From NCBI GenBank assembly GCA_964613785.1, contig CAZTJT010000010.1, positions 33,567-97,566 of the forward strand: 64,000 nucleotides of DNA. The letters run 5' to 3'. The notes beneath the pieces are model-generated. The model saw only the letters and a list, made by a program, of their open reading frames with translations. It was not told the origin of the DNA and ran no database searches. Position numbers and translations under genes: made by a program. Positions 28,188 to 38,688 of the stretch are shown one piece after another; position 1 is the stretch's first letter, and the number at the start of each line of letters is the position of its first letter. This stretch comes from an uncultured Rikenellaceae bacterium. Its GTDB lineage: Bacteria > Bacteroidota > Bacteroidia > Bacteroidales > VadinHA17.

Positions 28188-29612
28188 ATGGGAGATATTA
28201 CAGGGTTTCTCAAAGTAAAGAGAAAAGAGGCTGGCAACAGGCCTGTCAATGAAAGGATATGCGATTACAGCGAAGTGGAGCAGATCCTGAACAGTGAAGA
28301 CAGAATGCTGCAGGCATCGAGGTGCATGGATTGCGGAATCCCTTTCTGCCACTGGAGCTGTCCAGTGGATAATCTGATACCTGAATGGAATGATCTTCTC
28401 TACAGGGGAGACTGGAAAGGAGCATACAACAGGTTGTATGCTACAAATAATTTCCCTGAATTTACCGGAAGGATATGCCCGGCATCATGCGAACATGCTT
28501 GTGTTTTGAATATTGAAAAAGAACCTGTTACAATACGCGAAAATGAAGTTGCAATAGCCGAGAAGGCCTTTGCTGAAGGATATATCAAACCATCTCCTCC
28601 TGCAAAGAGGAGTGGCAAAACCGTGGCCATTATAGGCAGCGGACCTGCTGGTCTGGCTGCAGCTGACATTCTTAATAAAGCCGGTCACAAGGTCATAATT
28701 TTCGAAAAGGATGAAAAGCCCGGAGGACTCCTTCGCTTTGGCATACCTGACTTCAAGCTCAGCAAGGTACTTATCGATCGCAGGGTAAACCTTATGATAA
28801 GTGAAGGAATAGAAGTAAAGACCGGTGTAAATGTAGGTAGGGATATTACCCTGACCGAACTCACAGGGAAATATGACGCGGTTTGTATCGCTATCGGAGC
28901 AGGACAGCCCAGGGATATTAATGTTGAAGGACGCCATCTCCAGGGAATATATTTTGCAATGGATTTCCTCTCACAGCAAAACAGGATAAATGCCGGCTTG
29001 CTGAAAAAGACAGAAAACCTGATAACAGCTGAAAACAAAAAAGTAGTGGTCATTGGTGGTGGTGACACCGGATCAGACTGTGTAGGAACGGCAATAAGGC
29101 AAAAAGCAGCAAGTGTTACCCAGATAGAAATTCTTCCTCAACCACCTCTTTCCAGATCAGCTGATAACCCCTGGCCTTACTATGCAAAAACACTCAAGAC
29201 CTCAACATCCCATGAAGAGGGCTGTATAAGATTCTGGAACCTTTCAACCACAAGATTTATAGGGAACAATGGCAGAATTACCGGCCTTGAAGTAATGAAT
29301 GTCAGTCAGGAAACATCTGAAGGAAAAACTGTCTTCATACCATTGCCTGAAAGCAGAAAGATAATCGATGCAGATCTTGTACTGCTTGCAATGGGTTTCA
29401 TTCATCCGGTGATTGACGGATTAATCACCGACTCAGGTATTAATCTTGATAACAGAAAGAACATTAAGGCAGGAATAGATCATTCTACAAATATTAGCAA
29501 AGTGTTCGCCGCCGGAGATGCAATCTCAGGTGCAAGTCTCGTTGTAAATGCAATTGCTTCGGGAAGAAATGCAGCAAGAGGTATAATCAGCTTCCTGTCA
29601 TCAGATCATTGA
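28188..29612 (+). CDS. gltD: Glutamate synthase small subunit (NAD(P)H-dependent)
   Basis: 474 aa. Fe-S Cys clusters (CMDCGIPFC..CP) and dinucleotide folds IIGSGPAGLAAA and VIGGGDTGSDC. Confidence 0.95.
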   Translation: MGDITGFLKVKRKEAGNRPVNERICDYSEVEQILNSEDRMLQASRCMDCGIPFCHWSCPVDNLIPEWNDLLYRGDWKGAYNRLYATNNFPEFTGRICPASCEHACVLNIEKEPVTIRENEVAIAEKAFAEGYIKPSPPAKRSGKTVAIIGSGPAGLAAADILNKAGHKVIIFEKDEKPGGLLRFGIPDFKLSKVLIDRRVNLMISEGIEVKTGVNVGRDITLTELTGKYDAVCIAIGAGQPRDINVEGRHLQGIYFAMDFLSQQNRINAGLLKKTENLITAENKKVVVIGGGDTGSDCVGTAIRQKAASVTQIEILPQPPLSRSADNPWPYYAKTLKTSTSHEEGCIRFWNLSTTRFIGNNGRITGLEVMNVSQETSEGKTVFIPLPESRKIIDADLVLLAMGFIHPVIDGLITDSGINLDNRKNIKAGIDHSTNISKVFAAGDAISGASLVVNAIASGRNAARGIISFLSSDH

Positions 29613-29768
29613 AGTCAGATTTTAATGATTGAGAGCATTTATAATAAAAGAACTTGGCTAATGTCAATAAATATTCAACAGAGGGAGAACTTTTAGACAT
29701 AATTTTTCAAAATTTTCAGCGATATTGGCATTGTTGAAACCAGTATTGTGTAACCTGATCTGAATACC

Positions 29769-31793
29769 GTGAAAATTTTAATCCGGTTAGTTCTGATTTG
29801 TCTGTATATTATTACTGCTGAATCATTTATCTGTCTGAAGGCCCAATCAGGTTCATTCAGAATGAATTCAAGACTCAGCTTCTATTCATTTGAGAGAAAT
29901 TTTGAGATGCTGCTGATTGTTCCGCCAATATTCAGGGGAGCTTCATTAAATGTGAAATTGAGGATAGGGGGTAGAAATGTGGCTGACTGGACGGGTATTG
30001 CTGGCAGGGATCCGCTAAGGATAGCTTTTAATGCCGACCTTTCACCATCCGAACATCTTGTAACTGCAGAGATAACAGTACCCGGAGGTGTAAAGCAGAC
30101 GGTCACTGCTACAATAACTATTCTAAATCATAAAACCAATGAAGTTAAGTCTGACAGGCTTACCGGAGGCTTGATTGTTGGTGGCAGAATTTTTTTTCCT
30201 TACGGATTTTATTGTTATTCGCCTGTTCAGCCTACACTTCCTGAAGAAGAGGTGGTAAAAGGTTTCAACATGATGTCACCATACCAGAAACTGGTTCCTG
30301 AGACTCTGAATGACAGGAAAAGGTATATGGACCGCTGTGCTGATCTTGGAATGAAAGTGCATTATAACCTGATCTCACTGACAGGCGGCGGAGGCGTTTC
30401 ATCCCAGGTACAGGGATTAACAGATGAAGCTAAGAGAGACCGGCTGATTTCGGAAATTAGGACTTTTATGGATCATCCTGCCCTTCTTGCCTGGTACATC
30501 GCCGACGAGCCGAATGGATTCAGGATCCCTCCTTCTGATCTTGAAAAAGTATATAATATCATAAAACAGACAGATCCATGGCACCCTGTTTCGATGGTCT
30601 TTATGGCTCCATTCCTGTCATCAAGGAATTATGCTAATGCACTGGATATTGTGATAGCTGATCCTTATCCGGTTCCAAACAGACCGGTAACGCAAACAGG
30701 AGTTGCAACACAACAATTGGTTGCTGAATTCCGCGGTAAAAAATCCGTCTGGATAGTCCCGCAGGCTTTTGGAGGCGGTGAATGGTGGAGCCGTGAGCCA
30801 ACGATCCAGGAAGTGAGAACAATGACATACCAGGCAGTTGTTGAAGGTGCCTCGGGAATCCAGTTTTTCATAAGACATGGCCTTAATTCCTTTCCAAAAT
30901 CAACTGCAATGTGGAATGAATGTGGAAGAATAGCTCTGGAAATTGCTGAGATAACACCATGGCTCCTTTCTGGCCAGGAGGTTGCTGTAAGCTGTTCATC
31001 CCCCAATATTTCATTAAGGTCGGGTGTTCACGACGGGAAACTGATGATTCTTGCCGTAAATAAATCCAACAAGCCACAAAAGGCTGATTTCAGAATTTCA
31101 GATGCTTCAGGGGGTATGACCAGCGTTATTTTTGAAAACCGTAAAATTCAGGTATCGGGCGGCTTTTTTTCAGATTGCCTGGCTGCCTTCGGATCACAGG
31201 CCTACATGTACAGTATCGGCAAAAACATCCCGTCATTTCAACCTTACAGAGGGAATCTTATAACCGATCCGGGATTTGAAGATACTTCGAGTCCCGGGGT
31301 TCCGGCTTCAACCTATGCCTGGAATGAAGGAGACAAAGGGGCAACATACTTTGTAGACTCGCGTGAGCATATAGAAGGAGGACACTCTCTGAGACTTGTC
31401 ACACCGACAGAAAATGGCGGAGTAAGACTGAGGTTTTTTCCCGTTAGGATATTAAAAGGGAAAACATATATGCTTTCAGTATGGGCAAAAGCTGATATTG
31501 AGTCCGGAAACTCTTCAAATTTTAAAAACTCTCCACGTTTTGAACTCAGACTGGGTGAGTATGGAGGAGAAGTATTCTTTCCAGGCAAAGAATGGAAGCA
31601 TTTTGTAACTTCAGTTTCAATACCTAATGATACTATCGCTTCACCAAGAGTGAATGCAATCCTTAGAATGCCCTGGAAAGGGACTGCATGGTTTGATATG
31701 CTCCAGGTATTTGAAGCCGTGGATATTTTAAAAAGCGTGAATCCGGAAATAAAAGAGAAAGGTTTATTTGAATTCAACATCGACCAAGATTGA
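29769..31793 (+). CDS. Secreted putative glycoside hydrolase (TIM-barrel, clan GH-A-like) with C-terminal CBM4/9-like domain
   Basis: 674 aa from a GTG start, with a signal peptide. WYIADEPN resembles the acid/base NEP segment of clan GH-A enzymes. The C-terminal NLITDPGFE...GGHSLRL resembles CBM_4_9 modules. The family is not resolved. Confidence 0.55.
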   Translation: MKILIRLVLICLYIITAESFICLKAQSGSFRMNSRLSFYSFERNFEMLLIVPPIFRGASLNVKLRIGGRNVADWTGIAGRDPLRIAFNADLSPSEHLVTAEITVPGGVKQTVTATITILNHKTNEVKSDRLTGGLIVGGRIFFPYGFYCYSPVQPTLPEEEVVKGFNMMSPYQKLVPETLNDRKRYMDRCADLGMKVHYNLISLTGGGGVSSQVQGLTDEAKRDRLISEIRTFMDHPALLAWYIADEPNGFRIPPSDLEKVYNIIKQTDPWHPVSMVFMAPFLSSRNYANALDIVIADPYPVPNRPVTQTGVATQQLVAEFRGKKSVWIVPQAFGGGEWWSREPTIQEVRTMTYQAVVEGASGIQFFIRHGLNSFPKSTAMWNECGRIALEIAEITPWLLSGQEVAVSCSSPNISLRSGVHDGKLMILAVNKSNKPQKADFRISDASGGMTSVIFENRKIQVSGGFFSDCLAAFGSQAYMYSIGKNIPSFQPYRGNLITDPGFEDTSSPGVPASTYAWNEGDKGATYFVDSREHIEGGHSLRLVTPTENGGVRLRFFPVRILKGKTYMLSVWAKADIESGNSSNFKNSPRFELRLGEYGGEVFFPGKEWKHFVTSVSIPNDTIASPRVNAILRMPWKGTAWFDMLQVFEAVDILKSVNPEIKEKGLFEFNIDQD

Positions 31794-31850
31794 TCAGAGG
31801 TGGAAAAGCAATTATCATTAATCTATTTAGCAACATTTAATAAGAGGTAA

Positions 31851-31874
31851 GTCTGGCCTGATCCAGATTTTTTG
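31851..31874 (+). terminator. Weak rho-independent terminator after the 29769..31793 gene
   Basis: GTCTGG-cctgat-CCAGAT forms a 6-bp stem including one G-U pair, followed by TTTTTT. Confidence 0.4.
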
Positions 31875-31908
31875 TGTTCACAGTTAAAAATTTTATTTAA
31901 TATTAAAT

Positions 31909-33974
31909 ATGAACAGATCATCAGTAGCATACACAGCAGTTTTAGTTTCCTTTTTGCTATGGGGATGTTCAGGAGAATTGAAGAACATAAACTATGATTG
32001 TAATCCGGTTCCTCTGGTACAGAATGCTTATATTAAACTTCCCCTGGGTTCAGTAAAACCTGAAGGTTGGCTTAAATCACAGATTGAAGCGCAGGCAGAA
32101 GGACTTACAGGAAACCTCGATGAATTCTGGCCCGACCTTTTATATTCGTCATGGAAGGGAGGCGATGGAGAAGCATGGGAAAGAGGCCCCTACTTTCTTG
32201 ACGGGCTTGTTCCTCTTGCTTACCTGACCGGGGACGAAAGACTGATTAAAAAGGTCCGTAACTGGATAGAACCCCTTATCGCCAGCAGTACTGACAGCGG
32301 ATGGTATGGGCCACCAAAAAATAAAGACAGATGGCCCCTTGCAGTCGCAAACAAGGTACTGATGCAATATTATGAAGCAACGAACGACCCCAGGGCCCTT
32401 GAAGTACTTAAGGGATATTTCAGATACCTGCTTTCAACCCCTCCTGACTGGCCCGATAAGGAATGGCGGGGCGCCCGGGCCATGGAAAACGCTGTCACAG
32501 GTTACTGGCTCTACCGCACCACCAAGGAACCATGGATAATCAAAGTTATTGAATCCATTCACGAAAATAGTCCCGACTGGACAACCTATTACGAGAAATT
32601 TCCCTGGGATTCAGCGGCTTCAGCAGAAAAACGAATACCATTGAACTGGGGGGCCCTGACGGACTTACGGCACATGTTGTTAATAATGCGATGGCTATAA
32701 AGTACCCCGGCCTGTGGTACCAGCAGTCTGATAATCCGAGATATATGGATGCAGTATTTGAAGGAATAAGAAAATATGATATTAACCACGGGCAGGCAGG
32801 TGGACGTTTTTCAGGGGATGAACATCTTTCAGGCAAGAGCCCCGACAGAGGTACAGAACTCTGTTCAGTGGTTGAATATATGTTCTCCCTTGAGGAATTA
32901 TTTGAAATTTTCGGCGACAATACACTTATGGACAGGCTTGAATTACTGGCATTCAATTCATTGCCTGGAACAACCACTGCCGACATGTGGGCTCACCAAT
33001 ACGATCAGCAGTCGAACCAGGTTCTTGTAAACAGAGACAAAAGAGCGTGGAGTACAAATGGGAATTATTCGAATATTTATGGACTGATGCCCAACTTTGC
33101 ATGTTGCCTTGCAAATATGCATCAGGGATGGCCCAAATTTACACAGTTCCTCTGGATGGCAACCAACGATAACGGACTGATAGCAGCCGCATACAGCCCT
33201 TCAATAGTCACTGCCAGGGTGGCAAAAGGAGTAGAGGTTAAAATAGTGGAAGAAACAGATTATCCTTTCAGTGGATCTGTAAAATTCACAATCAACAGCA
33301 GTAATTCGGTCAGATTCCCACTATATCTTAGGATACCCGGCTGGGCCGATATTGTGACTGTAAAATACAAGGATCAGACCATAAAATCGAAAGGAGGCAC
33401 AACAGTAAGGCTGTTCTCCAGATGGGATCCCGATGACGTGATTACAATGGAGATACCAATGAATATCAGGTTTGAGAAAAGATACAACAACTCATTTTCT
33501 GTACTCAGAGGTCCGCTCTATTTTTCATTGAGAATTGAAAAGGAGTTCAGAAGTGTAAAACTAAACTATGACAACTTCGGATACAAGGGCACCGCTGATT
33601 GGGAAATATATCCCCTGAGCCCATGGAATTACGGATTGATGATCGACCTGACCAACCCAACCCGGGGATTTGAGGTAACAGAGAATAAACCAGGCGTTTA
33701 TCCTTTCGCCGACAAAGGAGACATGATATGGTCGCCTGATTCCGTAAAACACATAAGGTATCAAAATGATGCTGCTGTTTTAATTAAAACCAGAGGGATG
33801 CTGATACCTTCATGGAGTCTGAAATATAATTCGGCAGATATTCCACCTGCAAGCCCGGTTAAACCAGAATCCGCAGCAGAAATAATTCAGCTGATCCCAT
33901 ACGGGTGTGCAAAACTAAGAATAACCGAATTTCCAGTAATCGACATCAGCAGGATTGAAGATGAAATTAAATAG
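31909..33974 (+). pseudogene. GH127/GH146-like (DUF1680, beta-L-arabinofuranosidase family) gene interrupted by a -1 frameshift at a G6C3 run
   Basis: Tracked ORFs 31909..32700 and 32691..33974 are two halves of one protein. The upstream frame reads ..IPLNWG at the G6 run (32648..32653). The downstream frame is already open there (GPDGLTAHVVNNAMAIKYPGLWY). One extra G or C restores a 688-aa protein carrying a signal peptide, TELCS and NFACC(L)AN, the Glu-x-Cys and Cys-Cys motifs of GH127. Confidence 0.8.
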
Positions 33975-33982
33975 AAATCTTT

Positions 33983-36694
33983 TTAATAGCCTGCATTTTC
34001 TATCCTGAACTGGTATGAACCTGATTCAAGTTTAATGATGTAATTATTGCCTTCATGACTGAGGATTTTGATAAATCTGTTTTTTTCAGGATTCCTTTTC
34101 TTTTCAGTAAGTCCATTTCCACGAAGGTAAAGGTTTGCTGTGCTCCCCGGAGGAAGTGTTACATCATAGACAATCAATATTCCTTCCCTTCTCCAGGATG
34201 AGATAATTGTACCGTAAGGGCCCTGATGCCTTGCTTCAAAATGATCCAAACCACCAACAAAATTTGGTCTGAGCAGCACATTCCTGAATCCGGGTTGGTA
34301 CTCATCAGGGAATATGCCCCCAAGTGCCTTATACATCCATGCACTTATTTCGCCAAACATTATATGGTTCATAGAGATATCCGATTTGGGATCAATATGC
34401 CAGTTTTCATAAAGCGTGGTGGCACCGTTCCGGATCCACCAACCCCACGAAGGAAATGTATCTTTTACTGCCATATTGAAGGCAATATCAGCATACCCGT
34501 TTTGGCTTAGTGCATTTAAAATCGCCTTTGATCCCAGCAGTCCAACGTCTACAAAGTTGTTATTAGCTTTTACAATACCTGCAAGGGTATCGGCAACCAG
34601 ATTTCTGATTTCATCAGGTACTATTCCCCAATGAAGGGGTAGACTTAGCTCCGTCTGAAGTCCACTGGCATAGCATCCTGTTTCTCTATTCAAATATTTA
34701 GAGTTAATGGCATTCTTAATTTTTATTGCAAGTGAGCTGTATTTCTCATAGTCAGCTTTTTTATGGAATAACTTTGCTGCCTTTGATAAAATGAGCGCAT
34801 CAACATAAAAATAAATGGAAGAAGTAAGTTCTTTTGAAGCAACGGACCTCACGGGAATCCAGTCTCCCAAACCCCAGTCGGTCAGACCGGAAGGGCTTAT
34901 CCGGGAAATATGATCAACATACTTTTTTATGTTTTCGTAGCACTTTGACAGTAACCGATCATCACCATAAAACAGGTATACGGTCCAGGGGATAATTGCA
35001 ATTGTACTTGTCCAGTCAGGACCATTTGCCCAGTGATATCCCCAGCCGCTTGTAGGGATTATTGCCGGCAGGATACCATTTGGCTGCTGTTCATCGAGAT
35101 GATCGTTAAGCCATTTTTCATATACTGTTATACCATCAAAATTGTAAAGTCCGGTTTCGATTGCAATATGGGCATCGCCTGTCCATCCGTTCTTTTCTCT
35201 CTGCGGACAGTCGGTGGGATAACCATATAGATTTGACAGATAAGAATTATTCGTCGCTTCCCAGATTTTATTCAGGAGTGGTTCTGACGATTCAATCGAT
35301 CCGGCAGCAGGCACATCGGAATGCATGAAATAGCCTTTCAGGCTGCCAACAGTCAAATTTAAAGGCTTGTCGGAGGTAATTTCCACATATCTGAATCCCT
35401 TGTAATTGAATCTGGGCATAAACGTCTCTTCTCCTTTTCCGGAAAGGATATAAATATCTGTCTGGAAAGGATCGCTTTTATCCCCTGGTTTGTAATGAAC
35501 ATCAATGTTCGACTGATCGGCATAACCGTTTATATTGATTTTCTCAGCATGTTTGAGTTTTACCACGGTTCCTGATGCACCCTTAACGGTAAGAGTGCTG
35601 ACACCTGCAATATTCCTGCCCAGATCGAATAACCACCTATTAATATCCTGACGGATTAATGATTTAGCAGGTATTTCCTCAGTAATCCTAACAGGATGCA
35701 TTGACTGTGAAATAATTTTCTGTGAAGGAGCCGGAACAATTATGACATCTTTCCACAGAGTATCTGAAAAACCTTTATTGTTCCAACCTGGCTGCTCCAG
35801 TCTTGCATCATAATGTTCGGCCGTGTATATGCTGTTAAAAACAACAGGGCTCAATGACGTTTTCCAGTCTGCACCTGTAACAACGCTTGCTTCGGTTCCA
35901 TCATCATACTCCATATTAAGATCCATACAAAATCTTGGCCTTGCCCGCCAGGGTGCAGAATCAAAGTACCAGACCGCCTTTGACTGATGGTTGTACCATC
36001 CGTTACCCAGCAGAACCCCAACCACATTTTCACCACTCCTGAGTAAGGCTGTCACATCATAAACAATGTACAGATTAGAGCGGTCAAAACGAGTATATGC
36101 AGGATCAAGCCTATGATCCCCTACACGTTGTCCATTAATGTACAATTCGTATAAACCTGCAACAGCAATATAAGCCCTGGCTTTTTTTACTTTCCGGTCA
36201 ATGAAAAAAGCCTTCCTGAAGTATGGTGCCGGTTTCAGATCAATGTCACGGGTATCACTTATCCAACTGCCTTTCCAGTTGCTCTCTTTCATCATTCCGG
36301 TCTCAAAGCTGGCTGTTTCTGATATCTTTGACAATTTCCCATTATTATCCCGGATCCTCACACTCCAATAGTATTTTGTTAATGGTTCCAGAGCTTCTCC
36401 TGAATATAAAACAAGGTTTGAACCCGATCGGATTTCTCCAGAGTCCCATTTGTCAGCTCTGCCAATTGATATTCCTGATGAATCAGTACCTACAAAAATC
36501 TCATAGGATGTTTGCCCCGCACCCATCCGCTGATCTTCAATCCACCAGGTAAAACGTGGATTAATCGCATCAATACCGATAGGATTTACAAGATATTCAC
36601 ATCTCAGATTGACGGCTTTGGACTTATCCGTCAGGGATGAACATGAAGCCAGGGCCGACGTAATTGCAGCACTGACAATTATATATTTCATCAT
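33983..36694 (-). CDS. Alpha-L-rhamnosidase (GH78)
   Basis: 903 aa. NPRFTWW near the N-terminus, AGLYELYINGQRVGD, and the six-hairpin domain motif GYPTDCPQREKNGWTGDA. Confidence 0.9.
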   Translation of the reverse strand: MMKYIIVSAAITSALASCSSLTDKSKAVNLRCEYLVNPIGIDAINPRFTWWIEDQRMGAGQTSYEIFVGTDSSGISIGRADKWDSGEIRSGSNLVLYSGEALEPLTKYYWSVRIRDNNGKLSKISETASFETGMMKESNWKGSWISDTRDIDLKPAPYFRKAFFIDRKVKKARAYIAVAGLYELYINGQRVGDHRLDPAYTRFDRSNLYIVYDVTALLRSGENVVGVLLGNGWYNHQSKAVWYFDSAPWRARPRFCMDLNMEYDDGTEASVVTGADWKTSLSPVVFNSIYTAEHYDARLEQPGWNNKGFSDTLWKDVIIVPAPSQKIISQSMHPVRITEEIPAKSLIRQDINRWLFDLGRNIAGVSTLTVKGASGTVVKLKHAEKININGYADQSNIDVHYKPGDKSDPFQTDIYILSGKGEETFMPRFNYKGFRYVEITSDKPLNLTVGSLKGYFMHSDVPAAGSIESSEPLLNKIWEATNNSYLSNLYGYPTDCPQREKNGWTGDAHIAIETGLYNFDGITVYEKWLNDHLDEQQPNGILPAIIPTSGWGYHWANGPDWTSTIAIIPWTVYLFYGDDRLLSKCYENIKKYVDHISRISPSGLTDWGLGDWIPVRSVASKELTSSIYFYVDALILSKAAKLFHKKADYEKYSSLAIKIKNAINSKYLNRETGCYASGLQTELSLPLHWGIVPDEIRNLVADTLAGIVKANNNFVDVGLLGSKAILNALSQNGYADIAFNMAVKDTFPSWGWWIRNGATTLYENWHIDPKSDISMNHIMFGEISAWMYKALGGIFPDEYQPGFRNVLLRPNFVGGLDHFEARHQGPYGTIISSWRREGILIVYDVTLPPGSTANLYLRGNGLTEKKRNPEKNRFIKILSHEGNNYIIKLESGSYQFRIENAGY

Positions 36695-36825
36695 AATATA
36701 ATTTTGATTTTAAAGGTATGATGGAACCACACATGTTTTATAAAATTATATTTATGAGTGTTTGTGTTTGCAAAACATGTGGGTTTCATTATTTCATACA
36801 ATCGTATCATAAAAATGAGAATAAT

Positions 36826-38607
36826 TCATATCATATCAGTTTTTCTCTTAAGCCATAGCCTTTCTTCTTCAGAAAGAAAGGAACTAAGTTTATTATAGAC
36901 CTCGGTATGGTACCTGTTCAGCCATTTCTTTTCCCTCTGAGTGAGCATTGTAATTTCTATAAGCGACTTTTCAATGTAGCACAGGGATACAGTGTCAAAT
37001 TTTAGAAAACATCCATATTCGGTAATTTCATCTTCATAGCAAAGTACGAGATTCTCAATCCGTATTCCATATTCTCCTTCCCTGTAAATTGCCGGTTCAT
37101 TTGACAGGAGCATGCCGGCTTCTATCACTGTTTTATTGGCAAAGGGACTTATGTTTTGCGGACCCTCATGAACATTAAGGTAACAGCCGACACCATGTCC
37201 AGTTCCATGTCCGTAATTCAGACCTTCATCCCACAATGCACTTCTTGCAAGTATATCAAGCTGATACCCCCTGGTACCAACGGGGAATTTTGCCAGCGCG
37301 AGATTTATATGACCCTTCAGTACCAAAGTAAAATCAGTTTTTTGCCTGGGTGTTGGTGACCCGACCGGGATAGTACGTGTTATATCTGTTGTGCCACCAG
37401 GATAATGACCACCTGAATCAATCAGCAGTATTCCCCTGTCCCCTATTTCTGTTACCGGGCTCACTGCCGCATCATAATGTGGTAGTGCACTATTCTTGTT
37501 AAAGGCTATTACAGGTGCAAATGACTGTCCCCTGTAAGTGTTCTGCTGCAACCTGAACTCCTCCAGTTTGTTAGAAAGTATGGTCTCTGTTAGCAGCGAC
37601 CGGCCAAGATTTTTTTCAAGCCAGAATAAAAACCTTGTCAAGGCAATCCCGTCACTCACCATTACCCTTCCGATACTCTCAATCTCTGTTTTATTTTTGA
37701 CAGCCTTCAGCCTGGCAGGAATTGATATATCCTCTATTATTCCGGAAGTTTTTGATAATGAATTATAAATGCTTACAGATGTTGTTCGGGGATTAAGCAA
37801 TACTGAATGGCCCTGCGTAAATGAAGCAATAATTTCTGTTGCCTCATGATAAGGGAGTATCACTATTCCAAGCTTGTCAAACTCTGAAGCTATTTTAGAA
37901 GGAATGCCGGACTCACCGGTAAAAAACAGGATCTGGTCATTTCCGATAATCGCAAATGACAATAATAATGGACTGTATTTAAAATCATTACCACGGATAT
38001 TCAGCAGCCACATAATATCATCAGGAGAAGTAAGAAGCTGGAAATCAGCACCTCGTTGATTCATTATCCTTCGTACTTCTGATATTTTATCTGCCCTTCC
38101 CTTTCCGGCTAACTCAACAGGATGATCATAAGCCTGTGAGCAGGGCAAAAGAGGCCTCCCTTTCCATATCCCGTCAATAACAGTGCATTCTGTATCAAAA
38201 CACACATCGCTGCCCTTAAGCTTTTCAGCTAACATCCTGAAATCGGATATTGAGAATATTCTTCCGTCGAGGCCAATTTTCATTTTTCTTTGCACCTCCT
38301 CAAGGATAAAATCCATATAGGTGTTCCAAGAAAATGCTTCCGGTCTGATAATTTGAAATCCTGTTCCTTCCAGTTGCATCTCAGCCTGAACATAATACCG
38401 GGAATCGGTCCATAGACCTGCAAATGTATTTGTTACAACCACTGTTGCAGCAGAACCGGTAAAACCTGTTAACCATTCGATGATCCGCCAGTGATCTGGC
38501 ACATATTCACTCAGATGAGGATCGGAGGATGGCAGAATATAAATATCTATCCCTTTTGTTTGCAGGGCTTTACGGAGTACTGACAGTTTTTTTCCGTATA
38601 ATTCCAT
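36826..38607 (-). CDS. pepP: Xaa-Pro aminopeptidase (M24B, three-domain aminopeptidase P type)
   Basis: C-terminal pita-bread domain with HGTGHGVGCYLNVHEGPQ and SNEPAIY. I use the first ATG (38607, MELYGKK...); the tracked start at 38628 is a TTG. Confidence 0.88.
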   Translation of the reverse strand: MELYGKKLSVLRKALQTKGIDIYILPSSDPHLSEYVPDHWRIIEWLTGFTGSAATVVVTNTFAGLWTDSRYYVQAEMQLEGTGFQIIRPEAFSWNTYMDFILEEVQRKMKIGLDGRIFSISDFRMLAEKLKGSDVCFDTECTVIDGIWKGRPLLPCSQAYDHPVELAGKGRADKISEVRRIMNQRGADFQLLTSPDDIMWLLNIRGNDFKYSPLLLSFAIIGNDQILFFTGESGIPSKIASEFDKLGIVILPYHEATEIIASFTQGHSVLLNPRTTSVSIYNSLSKTSGIIEDISIPARLKAVKNKTEIESIGRVMVSDGIALTRFLFWLEKNLGRSLLTETILSNKLEEFRLQQNTYRGQSFAPVIAFNKNSALPHYDAAVSPVTEIGDRGILLIDSGGHYPGGTTDITRTIPVGSPTPRQKTDFTLVLKGHINLALAKFPVGTRGYQLDILARSALWDEGLNYGHGTGHGVGCYLNVHEGPQNISPFANKTVIEAGMLLSNEPAIYREGEYGIRIENLVLCYEDEITEYGCFLKFDTVSLCYIEKSLIEITMLTQREKKWLNRYHTEVYNKLSSFLSEEERLWLKRKTDMI

Positions 38608-38688
38608 CGAATTTAACGTATCGGGCAAAAGTTGAAACAGGTATTAATATTTTTTCCGAAAGTGATAATTGATTTATTGTTAATCAAT

